Program-made: the position numbers and the translations under genes
Notes under the pieces: generated by a model
Database searches by the model: none
What the model was told of the DNA's origin: nothing
What the model saw: the letters and a program-made list of their open reading frames with translations, nothing else
From: Escherichia coli
Lineage (GTDB): Bacteria; Pseudomonadota; Gammaproteobacteria; Enterobacterales; Enterobacteriaceae
Reading direction: 5' to 3' (one strand)
NCBI RefSeq assembly: GCF_003018235.1
Contig: NZ_CP027437.1
DNA: 64,000 bases
Shown here: positions 43,632-52,226 of the stretch, piece after piece
Numbering within the stretch: the stretch's first letter is position 1
Layout: each line of letters begins with the position of its first letter

Positions 43632-43662
43632 AGGCCCGATGGTGATGCCATCGGGCTATTTT
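43632..43662. terminator. bidirectional rho-independent terminator between ccmH and narP
   Basis: Hairpin GCCCGATGG-tgatg-CCATCGGGC flanked by A-run and T-run, between two convergent genes. Confidence 0.7.
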
Positions 43663-44309
43663 TATTGTGCCCCGCGTTGTTGCAGGAACAGAATGGTGGC
43701 CGCCACGCGTGAGCGGACATTGAGTTTACGCAGCAGATTGCGAATGTGTACTTTTACTGTCTGCTCGGAAATATTCAACACCGAGGCAATCTGTTTATTT
43801 GACAGCCCCTGTGCCAGCTCGTGCAGAACATCCAGCTCGCGCTCCGTCAGCACGCTGAAGGGATCTTCTTCTGCGCCAAACATTTCACGTTCACGTAAGT
43901 ACTGATTGACGCGTTCGCTAAAGACTTTGCTGCCTTTCGCTCCGGCACGAATCGCTTCCAGCAACACTTCCGGGTCGCTGTCTTTCAACAGATAACCGTC
44001 TGCGCCTGCGTCTATCAGCGCAAAGACATCGCTGGAGGCATCTGATACAGTCAGGATAATAATTTGCGCGGTAACGCCATCCCTGCGCAAGGCATTGAGG
44101 GTATCCAGGCCACTCATACCTTTCATATTGAGATCCAGCAAGATCACGTCGATATCCAGTCTATTCGCCAGATCGATCGCGCTCGCGCCGTCGCCCGCTT
44201 CGGCGACCACTTCAAAGCCAGGATCAAGCTCCAGTAACTGACGAACACCGCGTCGCATAAGTGGATGATCATCCACAATCATCACCTGAAAAGGCGTTGC
44301 TTCAGGCAT
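43662..44309 (-). CDS. narP: nitrate/nitrite response regulator NarP
   Basis: ORF 43662..44339; start placed at MPEATPFQVMIVDDHP (215 aa); receiver plus LuxR-type HTH. Confidence 0.9.
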   Translation of the reverse strand: MPEATPFQVMIVDDHPLMRRGVRQLLELDPGFEVVAEAGDGASAIDLANRLDIDVILLDLNMKGMSGLDTLNALRRDGVTAQIIILTVSDASSDVFALIDAGADGYLLKDSDPEVLLEAIRAGAKGSKVFSERVNQYLREREMFGAEEDPFSVLTERELDVLHELAQGLSNKQIASVLNISEQTVKVHIRNLLRKLNVRSRVAATILFLQQRGAQ

Positions 44310-44628
44310 AGTAGTCTCCTGAGGTTTTATTAGAATCATTATGTTTGAGCGTAGCGTTGGTAACGCTACCAGGCGCGTGAATGTTACCCCATTTTATGTA
44401 TGGACATGTAGCGAAAACTACAACCTTGTCGTTCGCTTTGGCATCATTTTCATTATAAAGACGGAATTTTGCATCAGCTTCTCATCAAGAAAAACAACTA
44501 AAAAATCAATCACAATACTTGTGCATTTCTTTAAACAGTTTTTAAAAACTGACTCCGGGTATGGAGCTATGGGTATTTTCTCTACCCAATGCTTTTAACA
44601 GCAATTAATTTCATAGGATGAAAGCTCA

Positions 44629-47220
44629 ATGCATCAATCTGGTTCTGTTTCTCTTTGTCGTTCCGCAATATCTGTTCTGGTGGCTACAGCGTTATATTCA
44701 CCCATAGCATTGGCATCAACAGTTGAGTATGGTGAGACAGTTGATGGTGTTGTCCTGGAAAAAGATATCCAGCTGGTTTATGGGACCGCCAATAATACGA
44801 AAATCAATCCTGGCGGAGAACAGCATATTAAAGAATTTGGTATAAGTAGTAATACTGAAATTAACGGCGGGTATCAGTACATTGAAATGAATGGCACCGC
44901 AGAATACTCAGTATTAAATGATGGTTATCAAATTGTTCAAATGGGTGGTGCGGCAAACCAGACTACCCTCAATAATGGTGTGCTACAGGTTTATGGCGCA
45001 GCGAATGATACTACCATTAAAGGCGGGCGCTTAATTATTGAAAAAGATGGGATTACCGTCTTTGCCGCTATCGAAAAGGGAGGATTACTGGAGGTTAAAG
45101 AGGGGGGGTTAGCATTTGCGGTAGATCAGAAAGCCGGCGGTGCTATTAAAACAACCACGCGGGCCATGGAGGTATTCGGAACAAACCGTCTCGGTCAGTT
45201 CGATATCAAGGATGGTATTGCTAATAATATGTTGTTGGAAAACGGCGGAAGTTTGCGAGTTGAAGAAAATGACTTCGCTTATAATACCACTGTGGATAAT
45301 GGCGGCTTACTGGAGGTTATGGATGGCGGGACTGCAACTGGCGTTGATAAAAAAGCAGGCGGAAAATTAATTGTCTCAACGAATGCGCTGGAAGTGAGTG
45401 GTACAAACAGTAAAGGCCAATTTAGTATAAAAGATGGTGTGTCCAAAAATTATGAACTGGATGATGGTTCCGGGCTCATTGTTATGGAGGACACGCAGGC
45501 CATTGACACTATCCTTGATGAGCATGCCACTATGCAATCGCTGGGAAAGGATACTGGTACGAGAGTGCAGGCAAATGCGGTATATGATCTCGGTCGATCA
45601 GATCAGAATGGAAGTATCACGTATTCCTCTAAAGCCATCTCTGAAAATATGGTTATCAACAATGGCCGCGCTAATGTCTGGGCTGGCACAATGGTTAACG
45701 TTTCAGTCAGAGGGAATGATGGCATTCTTGAGGTCATGAAGCCGCAAATAAATTATGCACCCGCTATGTTGGTGGGTAAGGTAGTGGTTTCTGAGGGCGC
45801 TTCTTTTAGAACGCATGGTGCCGTGGATACCAGCAAAGCGGATGTTTCGCTCGAAAATAGCGCATGGACCATCATTGCCGATATCACTACGACGAACCAA
45901 AACACTCGCCTCAACTTAGCCAACCTTGCGATGTCTGGCGCAAATGTGATTATGATGGCTGAGCCAGTGACTCGTTCATCTGTGACGGCAAGTGCGGAAA
46001 ATTTCACTACGTTGACCACCAATACCCTATCGGGAAACGGCAATTTTTATATGCGTACCGATATGGCTAATCATCAGAGCGATCAGCTCAACGTCACCGG
46101 TCAGGCAACAGGTGATTTCAAAATATTCGTTACGGACACCGGTGCCAGCCCGGCAGCAGGTGATAGCCTTACACTGGTAACAACGGGCGGCGGTGATGCT
46201 GCATTTACGTTGGGCAATGCCGGAGGCGTTGTTGATATCGGTACGTATGAATATACCTTGCTGGATAATGGCAACCATAGCTGGAGCCTCGCAGAGAATC
46301 GCGCGCAAATTACCCCTTCAACCACTGATGTGCTGAATATGGCGGCAGCACAACCGCTGGTATTTGATGCAGAACTGGACACCGTGCGTGAGCGTATTGG
46401 TAGCGTAAAAGGCGTTAATTACGATACGGCGATGTGGAGTTCGGCAATTAACACCCGCAACAACGTGACCACTGATGCGGGAGCTGGCTTTGAGCAAACA
46501 TTGACCGGGCTGACGCTCGGTATCGATAGCCGTTTCTCCCGTGAAGAAAGCAGCACAATTCGCGGCTTGTTCTTTGGTTACTCTCATTCTGATATTGGTT
46601 TTGATCGCGGCGGCAAAGGTAATATCGATAGCTATACCCTGGGGGCTTATGCTGGTTGGGAGCATCAGAACGGTGCCTATGTTGATGGGGTGGTGAAAGT
46701 TGACCGTTTTGCCAACACTATCCATGGCAAGATGAGTAATGGGGCAACAGCGTTTGGCGATTACAGTAGTAACGGCGCGGGTGCTCATGTCGAGAGCGGG
46801 TTCCGTTGGGTTGACGGATTGTGGAGTGTTAGACCCTATCTGGCCTTTACCGGCTTTACCACAGATGGTCAGGACTACACGTTATCAAACGGCATGCGCG
46901 CGGATGTGGGAAATACCCGCATATTACGCGCTGAAGCGGGAACAGCGGTAAGCTATCACATGGACCTGCAAAACGGTACGACGCTGGAACCCTGGCTGAA
47001 AGCCGCCGTACGTCAGGAATACGCCGATTCTAACCAGGTGAAAGTTAATGACGATGGCAAATTTAATAATGATGTGGCTGGAACCCGTGGCGTTTATCAG
47101 GCTGGGATAAGGTCATCGTTTACCCCGACGTTAAGCGGTCATTTGTCTGTCAGCTATGGCAATGGCGCAGGGGTAGAATCACCGTGGAATACTCAGGCGG
47201 GTGTGGTCTGGTCGTTCTGA
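44629..47220 (+). CDS. yejO: autotransporter adhesin-like protein YejO, apparently intact
   Basis: 863-aa ORF with signal peptide, repetitive passenger domain (G/N/T-rich repeats) and C-terminal beta-barrel ending in aromatic residue (VVWSF). Confidence 0.8.
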   Translation: MHQSGSVSLCRSAISVLVATALYSPIALASTVEYGETVDGVVLEKDIQLVYGTANNTKINPGGEQHIKEFGISSNTEINGGYQYIEMNGTAEYSVLNDGYQIVQMGGAANQTTLNNGVLQVYGAANDTTIKGGRLIIEKDGITVFAAIEKGGLLEVKEGGLAFAVDQKAGGAIKTTTRAMEVFGTNRLGQFDIKDGIANNMLLENGGSLRVEENDFAYNTTVDNGGLLEVMDGGTATGVDKKAGGKLIVSTNALEVSGTNSKGQFSIKDGVSKNYELDDGSGLIVMEDTQAIDTILDEHATMQSLGKDTGTRVQANAVYDLGRSDQNGSITYSSKAISENMVINNGRANVWAGTMVNVSVRGNDGILEVMKPQINYAPAMLVGKVVVSEGASFRTHGAVDTSKADVSLENSAWTIIADITTTNQNTRLNLANLAMSGANVIMMAEPVTRSSVTASAENFTTLTTNTLSGNGNFYMRTDMANHQSDQLNVTGQATGDFKIFVTDTGASPAAGDSLTLVTTGGGDAAFTLGNAGGVVDIGTYEYTLLDNGNHSWSLAENRAQITPSTTDVLNMAAAQPLVFDAELDTVRERIGSVKGVNYDTAMWSSAINTRNNVTTDAGAGFEQTLTGLTLGIDSRFSREESSTIRGLFFGYSHSDIGFDRGGKGNIDSYTLGAYAGWEHQNGAYVDGVVKVDRFANTIHGKMSNGATAFGDYSSNGAGAHVESGFRWVDGLWSVRPYLAFTGFTTDGQDYTLSNGMRADVGNTRILRAEAGTAVSYHMDLQNGTTLEPWLKAAVRQEYADSNQVKVNDDGKFNNDVAGTRGVYQAGIRSSFTPTLSGHLSVSYGNGAGVESPWNTQAGVVWSF

Positions 47221-47281
47221 TAACAGAAAATAAACAGGCCGTGATGTGTCGCGGTCTGTTTATCGAATTAAATGCAGATAT

Positions 47282-47313
47282 AAAAAAACCAACCGCAAAG
47301 GTTGGTTTTTTTT
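47282..47313. terminator. rho-independent terminator after yejO
   Basis: A-run, hairpin CCAACC-gcaaa-GGTTGG, then T8, directly after the yejO stop. Confidence 0.75.
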
Positions 47314-47392
47314 GGGATTTTTGCACGAGAGTAGTTTAATTGAGTATGTAACTACATGATTTAAAATAATTTGTCTAATTCAACTTTTAAAC

Positions 47393-47417
47393 CGTATAAC
47401 CAAACGTATAACTAAAA
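47393..47417. repeat. CGTATAAC(TAAA) repeat pair at the yejO-proximal end of the island
   Basis: cCGTATAACcaaaCGTATAACTAAAA; the same motif recurs four times at 57463-57519 near the integrase. Confidence 0.6.
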
Positions 47418-47620
47418 TGATTTGCTGAAAAAGTGTACAATTTAAAGACAGATTTTCCCGGGGGTTATAAAACTGCGAAAATTTCGTAGTTATCCCGATA
47501 CGGGGATCACCATATCGGGATTGGATACCTGGCTTTTTTTCCGGTTAACTCTTAATCATCTGCGTGATCATAATGATGATTCAGCCAGCGCAATTTTGCG
47601 TTATCGGGAATATCAGCAAG

Positions 47621-47902
47621 TTACCGCCGTAACCGCTCCGGCTTCTTCCAGTGGTAGGTAATTTTTTCTTTCTCCCGATACATCTCCACGCGGCGCTTGT
47701 AGGCCAGCATTTCAAGAACGCGGATCCGTATGTCGCGCATATCCACATCATTAAGCTGGATACCATCACGGCGCATCACCTCAGCAACCACACACGCATA
47801 ATTTTCGGCGGTCACGCAGTCCGGCTGCGTAGCCTGTTCGTCAGCCTGCTGGCTGATTCCGGCAACTCGGCGGATTAATCGCAGTAGTTCGGCTTCTGTC
47901 AT
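47621..47902 (-). CDS. hypothetical protein, 93 aa, island-borne
   Basis: ORF from the supplied track, downstream (minus sense) of conserved repeat copy 1; no family recognised. Confidence 0.4.
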   Translation of the reverse strand: MTEAELLRLIRRVAGISQQADEQATQPDCVTAENYACVVAEVMRRDGIQLNDVDMRDIRIRVLEMLAYKRRVEMYREKEKITYHWKKPERLRR

Positions 47903-48063
47903 TGTGCCCCCTCGCGCTGGTTAAGAAAACAAGCTCAGATTTTTTGTAAAGAATCTGTCACGCTAAAAGATGTCGAACAAAAAACAATCACCTTCATCAT
48001 CTTTTTTACATAAAAACAATTAAAAACAATAATTTACATACATGATGATGATGGCGATAAAAT

Positions 48064-48140
48064 CATAAAAATGCGCTTTTTTCCGCGCCGACCCGCCCCG
48101 TGGACAGGCCCACCCCACCAGGAGGACCCGCAAAAAAGGC
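48064..48140. repeat. conserved GC-rich element of about 65 bp, copy 1 (abuts the capsid-gene terminator)
   Basis: TGCGCTTTTTTCCGCGCCGACCCGCCCCGTGGAcaggCCCACCccACCAGGAGGACCCgCAAAAAAG, about 85% identical to 50604-50690 by eye. Confidence 0.6.
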
Positions 48141-48169
48141 GGCATATTTGCCGCCCTGTAAACTGTGTA

Positions 48170-50065
48170 TCAGCCGGAAGCCGTACCGCTCGATTTGACC
48201 ATGCCGCGATAGTCCAGCGCGGCCACACCGGCATCAATACGAACCTTCCAGGCGACACCGTCAACGATGAAGCCTTCCTGCTGTTCAAGGTAAGGCTCGT
48301 CATTACCATCAAGATAAGCCACCTCGATTGTGTCCGTTCCCTGTGCTGAAAGCATGTACCATTGATTCACACTAACATCATCCAGACGAGGATCGACAAT
48401 AATATCCAGTAGCTTGTGATACGGGTTAAATATGCCGCTGTTTTTATCGGCCCCGAAAGGTGCGGTTGAATTAATCATTTGCAACGCGCGATCTTCCAGT
48501 GCTGCCGGAACTAACAGGAATTTAGGTGCAATGTTCAGCACCTCGCCGTTTTTATCTTTCTGTATGCGCATAGCGTGACGTGCTGCACTAAGCCCCGGCG
48601 TCGTCATGCCAAGATCGATAAGGTTGTTGTGTTTTTTATCAAACAAGGCCACACCATCAGACAGCTTGCCGTTTCCTGTAAGTACCAGATTAACCAGATT
48701 GCCAACCGTTCTGGCTGCTGCACGCCCCATAGCCATTGGCACGGTAGACAACTGATCAAGGTCATCATTGATTATCGCCTGGCGGGTAATACTGAAAATA
48801 TTCCCGTATGTAGCCAGCGCGATTGGCTCACCGCGATCGCTGGTGGTGATGTATTTATATTCTGCCCCTTCCGGCACTTTGTTTAATGTTGAAAAACCAT
48901 TCAGGCCAACGCGGCGGGCTTCACGGAAGTTTGACAGAGAACCTTTTTTAGTCCACTGGCGGAATGTTTCGCCGCTGTGCTCCCAGCCTGCCAGCACTGA
49001 TTTTTCAGCGCCACCAGCCAGGATGTAAGTAAAATCGCTGCTGCTGTGAGTGAATGCCGCATTAACAATCTGCGAACGCGTGCTGTAGCTGCCTGTGCTT
49101 ATGCCACGATGGGTTAATGATGCCTGTGCCATATCGAAAAGGCTCATCATGGCGTAAGGATTGCCGCGTTCGGCCTGTTCGTGACCAAGACGTGCGTTAA
49201 GCCCCTGACGCATGGCATCGCCGGTTATGTTGCCGTTATCCGTATACGCGTAGTAAAGATTTGCGGGGGTGTTTTTGTTGGTGGGTGTCGATTCCTTGCC
49301 CATAGCCAATAAAAGGCGTTCGCGCGCATCCTCAACGCTACAACCTGCGTCTGCCAGGCAGTTAATAGCCAGGTCGTTATATTTCCCGTTGAACGTGCCA
49401 AACAATTCGCGAATGCCGTTTAGTCGTTCCTGTTCGCCGCTGGCTTTGTTCTGGTTGATCATGTTTTTGATACTTTCCGGCATATTTGAAAAATCTCCGA
49501 TTCGTTTTGATTCAATTCTGGCCATTGCTGTAATCGCGGGTATAACCTCATCTGCGAAGCCGTTAGCCTTACACTCATTGCCATCCATCCAGGTTTCCGC
49601 CTCCATCATGGCGGTGATTTCCTGTTTGCTTTTTCCCGTTCTTCCGGCGTAGGTTTCCGCCATCGTGTCGCCCAGCTTGTCCATCAGGTCAGCAAAGCGG
49701 CGAACGTCGCCCGACACGCCAGAAGTAACACCACGGGGGGCATGTATCATCATCATTGCGTTAGCGGGCATCACGATGTGATCGCCACACATGGCAATAA
49801 ACGAGGCCATAGAAGCCGCTATGCCTTCAATGTGTACGATTTTTTTCGCCGGATGATTTTTCAGGGCGTTATAGATAGCCAGCCCCTGAAAGATGTCGCC
49901 GCCTGGTGAATGGATACGCAAATGGATTTCAGACACGTCACCACACGCGCTTATCTGGTCGGTTAATGTTGACGCCTGTACACCGTAACCGCCTATTTCG
50001 TCATAAATGCGAACGTGAAGGGCGTCGGCTTTTGCCTGTATGCTGTACCAGGATTTCATAGCCAT
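48170..50065 (-). CDS. phage prohead protease (ClpP/S49-like) fused to HK97-fold major capsid protein, 631 aa
   Basis: N-terminal part resembles ClpP-type head maturation proteases (HSPGGDIFQGLAIYNAL ... ASMASFIAMCGD); C-terminal part resembles HK97-family major capsid proteins. Assignment by sequence resemblance from memory. Confidence 0.65.
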   Translation of the reverse strand: MAMKSWYSIQAKADALHVRIYDEIGGYGVQASTLTDQISACGDVSEIHLRIHSPGGDIFQGLAIYNALKNHPAKKIVHIEGIAASMASFIAMCGDHIVMPANAMMMIHAPRGVTSGVSGDVRRFADLMDKLGDTMAETYAGRTGKSKQEITAMMEAETWMDGNECKANGFADEVIPAITAMARIESKRIGDFSNMPESIKNMINQNKASGEQERLNGIRELFGTFNGKYNDLAINCLADAGCSVEDARERLLLAMGKESTPTNKNTPANLYYAYTDNGNITGDAMRQGLNARLGHEQAERGNPYAMMSLFDMAQASLTHRGISTGSYSTRSQIVNAAFTHSSSDFTYILAGGAEKSVLAGWEHSGETFRQWTKKGSLSNFREARRVGLNGFSTLNKVPEGAEYKYITTSDRGEPIALATYGNIFSITRQAIINDDLDQLSTVPMAMGRAAARTVGNLVNLVLTGNGKLSDGVALFDKKHNNLIDLGMTTPGLSAARHAMRIQKDKNGEVLNIAPKFLLVPAALEDRALQMINSTAPFGADKNSGIFNPYHKLLDIIVDPRLDDVSVNQWYMLSAQGTDTIEVAYLDGNDEPYLEQQEGFIVDGVAWKVRIDAGVAALDYRGMVKSSGTASG

Positions 50066-50250
50066 GCCCCTAACGTGTGCCCATACCAGTACTCTACCGC
50101 GCTGCGTGCAATTTGCCCTTTGGTCGGTACTGGCATTCCTGGGTGATTTTCCCTTATGAACTGCTGATAGCGTTCAATCTTCTCCATCGTTCCGGCGTCT
50201 ATGTGCACTGTTGCGCTTTTATCCGGTTTTCTGGTGTTGTTCTCTGGCAT
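50056..50250 (-). CDS. hypothetical small protein (64 aa from the internal ATG with GGAGG RBS), upstream of and overlapping the capsid gene
   Basis: ORF 50056..50283; ACGGAGG sits 8 nt upstream of the ATG at 50250. Confidence 0.4.
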   Translation of the reverse strand: MPENNTRKPDKSATVHIDAGTMEKIERYQQFIRENHPGMPVPTKGQIARSAVEYWYGHTLGAWL

Positions 50251-50444
50251 AAATCCGCCTCCGTTTTGATTAACGGGCATCATTATTGATCGATAAAAGT
50301 AATAGATAAATCATTTTCTACCTAAAAATCAGATTATGATTTTTCTGATTATTTCGAGAAAAGCAAATCATTTGACGCATTATTGCTATTTTGGCAATAT
50401 TAAGTCTCATTCATTCCGGTAGTAGAAGTTCGTTTGTCGTACTA

Positions 50445-50481
50445 AAGCGCCTCCGGTAGCACCATCGGGGGCGCTTTTTTT
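50445..50481 (+). terminator. orphan plus-strand rho-independent terminator inside the island
   Basis: GCGCCTCCGG-tagcaccat-CGGGGGCGC followed by T7; there is no plus-strand ORF upstream of it. Confidence 0.45.
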
Positions 50482-50603
50482 GTGCCTGTTTTTTTTGTAA
50501 ATATTTTCGGGAATGTTCCAGTGGTGAACAAAAAACAACCATAATCGACACTGAAATTTTTATCAGCCAAATATATCAATAAGTTATGTTAGTGGTGATG
50601 GTG

Positions 50604-50690
50604 CCATAAAAATCAAAAAATGCGCCTTTTTCCGCGCCGACCCGCCCCGTGGATGCCCCCACCAACCAGGAGGACCCACAAAAAAGCCGG
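50604..50690. repeat. conserved GC-rich element of about 65 bp, copy 2 (abuts the terminator of the int2/PerC-like unit)
   Basis: TGCGCCTTTTTCCGCGCCGACCCGCCCCGTGGAtgccCCCACCaaCCAGGAGGACCCaCAAAAAAG; the adjacent hairpin differs between the two copies but the block is conserved. Confidence 0.6.
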
Positions 50691-50708
50691 ATTGCTCCGG
50701 CTGTGTGC

Positions 50709-50984
50709 TCACTTCTGCGGGTAGTTGCGCCATACTGCTTTACCAATACCAGCTATCCCCATTTGTTTTTCAGTGCGATTAACTGACCTTTTCAGAGCGC
50801 CTAAATCATCCGGCGGCTCCGGTGGCCTCTGTGCCTTCCTGGAACATTCCTGCCGTCGCATTGCCACCTGTGCGCGTTCCTTGTCTGTCTCCACCAGCAT
50901 CATCACTTCACCCCATCGCGCCGCCGCCCTCCTGTAAAATCCTTTCGCCTCGAGTTCCTCCGCTATACGGTCATGTACCATCAT
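50709..50984 (-). CDS. small regulatory protein, possibly PerC family, 91 aa
   Basis: N-terminal IAEELEAKGFYRRAAARW resembles the PerC/Pch motif as I recall it; overlaps the int2 stop by 4 bp. Family call is tentative. Confidence 0.4.
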   Translation of the reverse strand: MMVHDRIAEELEAKGFYRRAAARWGEVMMLVETDKERAQVAMRRQECSRKAQRPPEPPDDLGALKRSVNRTEKQMGIAGIGKAVWRNYPQK

Positions 50985-51994
50985 TCACCACCTCCCGCAG
51001 ATGGCGATAAGCTGGCTTTGCCTCCAAGTGGATTAAACCTTATCGCCTCTGTCAGAAAATCCGGCGCAAAATGCGCGTAAACCATTGTCTGTTGTATGCT
51101 CGCGTGCCCCAGTATCCTTTGCAGTGTGATTATATTCCCCCCGTTCATCATGAAATGTGTCGCGAATGTGTGCCGTAATACGTGGGTGGCCTGGCCTTTT
51201 GGTAAGTCCGGTTTTACTGACTTGATGACCTCCCTGAACTCCAGATAATCCACATCAAACAACTGTCCCTTTTTACCTCTCGTTACAAGTTCCAGAACGT
51301 CATCAGACACCGGAACAGCTCGCGCCCGTCCGTTCTTCGTCTCCGTAAACATTACCTTGTTACTGACTATATTTTCCCGTCGTAGCGTCGATGACTCCCC
51401 ATAACGCGCCCCCGTCGAAAGACACAAAACAGCCAGCGCGAGACAGTCGCCTTTGGCAATATTCAGTAAATGATTAACCTCATCATCACCAAGAAAACTC
51501 ATAGCCTTGTTTGGTGCTTTCAGCTTGCGTAATCCACTCAAAGGGTTTTCACCGTGATACATACCGCATTCGATTAGCCCCCTGAACATTCCTGATATAA
51601 CCGACAAATCACGGTTAACAGTCAACGGACTAAGGCCGCATCCCAGCTTGTCGGCTCTGTATTCCATGAGCATTGCGCGGGTTATGTTGCAGATTCGTGG
51701 ATCCCCCATTTCACGGATAACCTTCATCATGCGCATAAACGATTGTTCGCCGTATTCCTCCGATCTTCCGATAAACTCCATCCATAAGTTAGCCAGATCA
51801 GATAACAGGCGAATATCTGCGGCGCGTGACTCCCAGGGCTTATTATGACAATGAAGCAGTATGTATTTTTCGTAATCACGGGCTTTTGTCTGCGAGGGAA
51901 AAATCTTTCTTATCCGTCGCCCGTAAGCGCCATTTGGCCTTACGTCAACCAGCCAGCGACCATCCTCACACTTCCTTATCGCCATGCTCCACAC
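50981..51994 (-). CDS. tyrosine site-specific integrase/recombinase, 337 aa (second integrase in the island)
   Basis: C-terminal catalytic region with HVLRHTFATHFMMNGGNIITLQRILGHASIQQTMVYAHF (R..HxxR..Y signature); size is typical of P2-type integrases. Confidence 0.8.
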   Translation of the reverse strand: MWSMAIRKCEDGRWLVDVRPNGAYGRRIRKIFPSQTKARDYEKYILLHCHNKPWESRAADIRLLSDLANLWMEFIGRSEEYGEQSFMRMMKVIREMGDPRICNITRAMLMEYRADKLGCGLSPLTVNRDLSVISGMFRGLIECGMYHGENPLSGLRKLKAPNKAMSFLGDDEVNHLLNIAKGDCLALAVLCLSTGARYGESSTLRRENIVSNKVMFTETKNGRARAVPVSDDVLELVTRGKKGQLFDVDYLEFREVIKSVKPDLPKGQATHVLRHTFATHFMMNGGNIITLQRILGHASIQQTMVYAHFAPDFLTEAIRFNPLGGKASLSPSAGGGE

Positions 51995-52226
51995 CCTTAA
52001 CGTTGATGGTTGTTACCTGTTCCGCTTCGGCTATCTCCCGTTCGGTCAGCGTGGCAAAGTTTGCCGCCGCTGTGGTCATGAATGCGCTTATCAGTTCGGG
52101 ATGTGCTTTCGCGTATCCTTCTCCCGTGTTGCGGTCTATCGTTCTGATTGCCACCTTTAAGGCGTGCTCTGTCATGTCTAATGCGCGATATTTTGGCGCT
52201 GCCTTATCTCTGGTTTTTCTGGTCAT
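51966..52226 (-). CDS. hypothetical small protein, 86 aa
   Basis: ORF between the replication ATPase and int2, overlapping the int2 start; no family recognised. Confidence 0.35.
   Translation of the reverse strand: MTRKTRDKAAPKYRALDMTEHALKVAIRTIDRNTGEGYAKAHPELISAFMTTAAANFATLTEREIAEAEQVTTINVKGVEHGDKEV

Noticed and set aside
47461-47560. Hairpin TCCCGATA...TATCGGGA and T-run downstream of the 93-aa island ORF, considered as a second att site
   Set aside because: It is more simply a transcription terminator for the 93-aa gene, and has no similarity to the tRNA 3' end beyond the short TCCGG motif already reported.
48034-48349. Overlapping ORFs on both strands (48034..48312 minus, 48071..48349 plus) covering conserved repeat copy 1
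   Set aside because: Both are Pro/Arg-rich translations of a GC-rich non-coding repeat, and the plus-strand one runs antisense into the capsid gene.
50056-50283. Full 75-aa ORF starting MMPVNQNGGGF upstream of the capsid gene
   Set aside because: The first 11 codons have no RBS and are Gly-rich, whereas the internal ATG at 50250 has a GGAGG RBS, so the shorter 64-aa gene was preferred.
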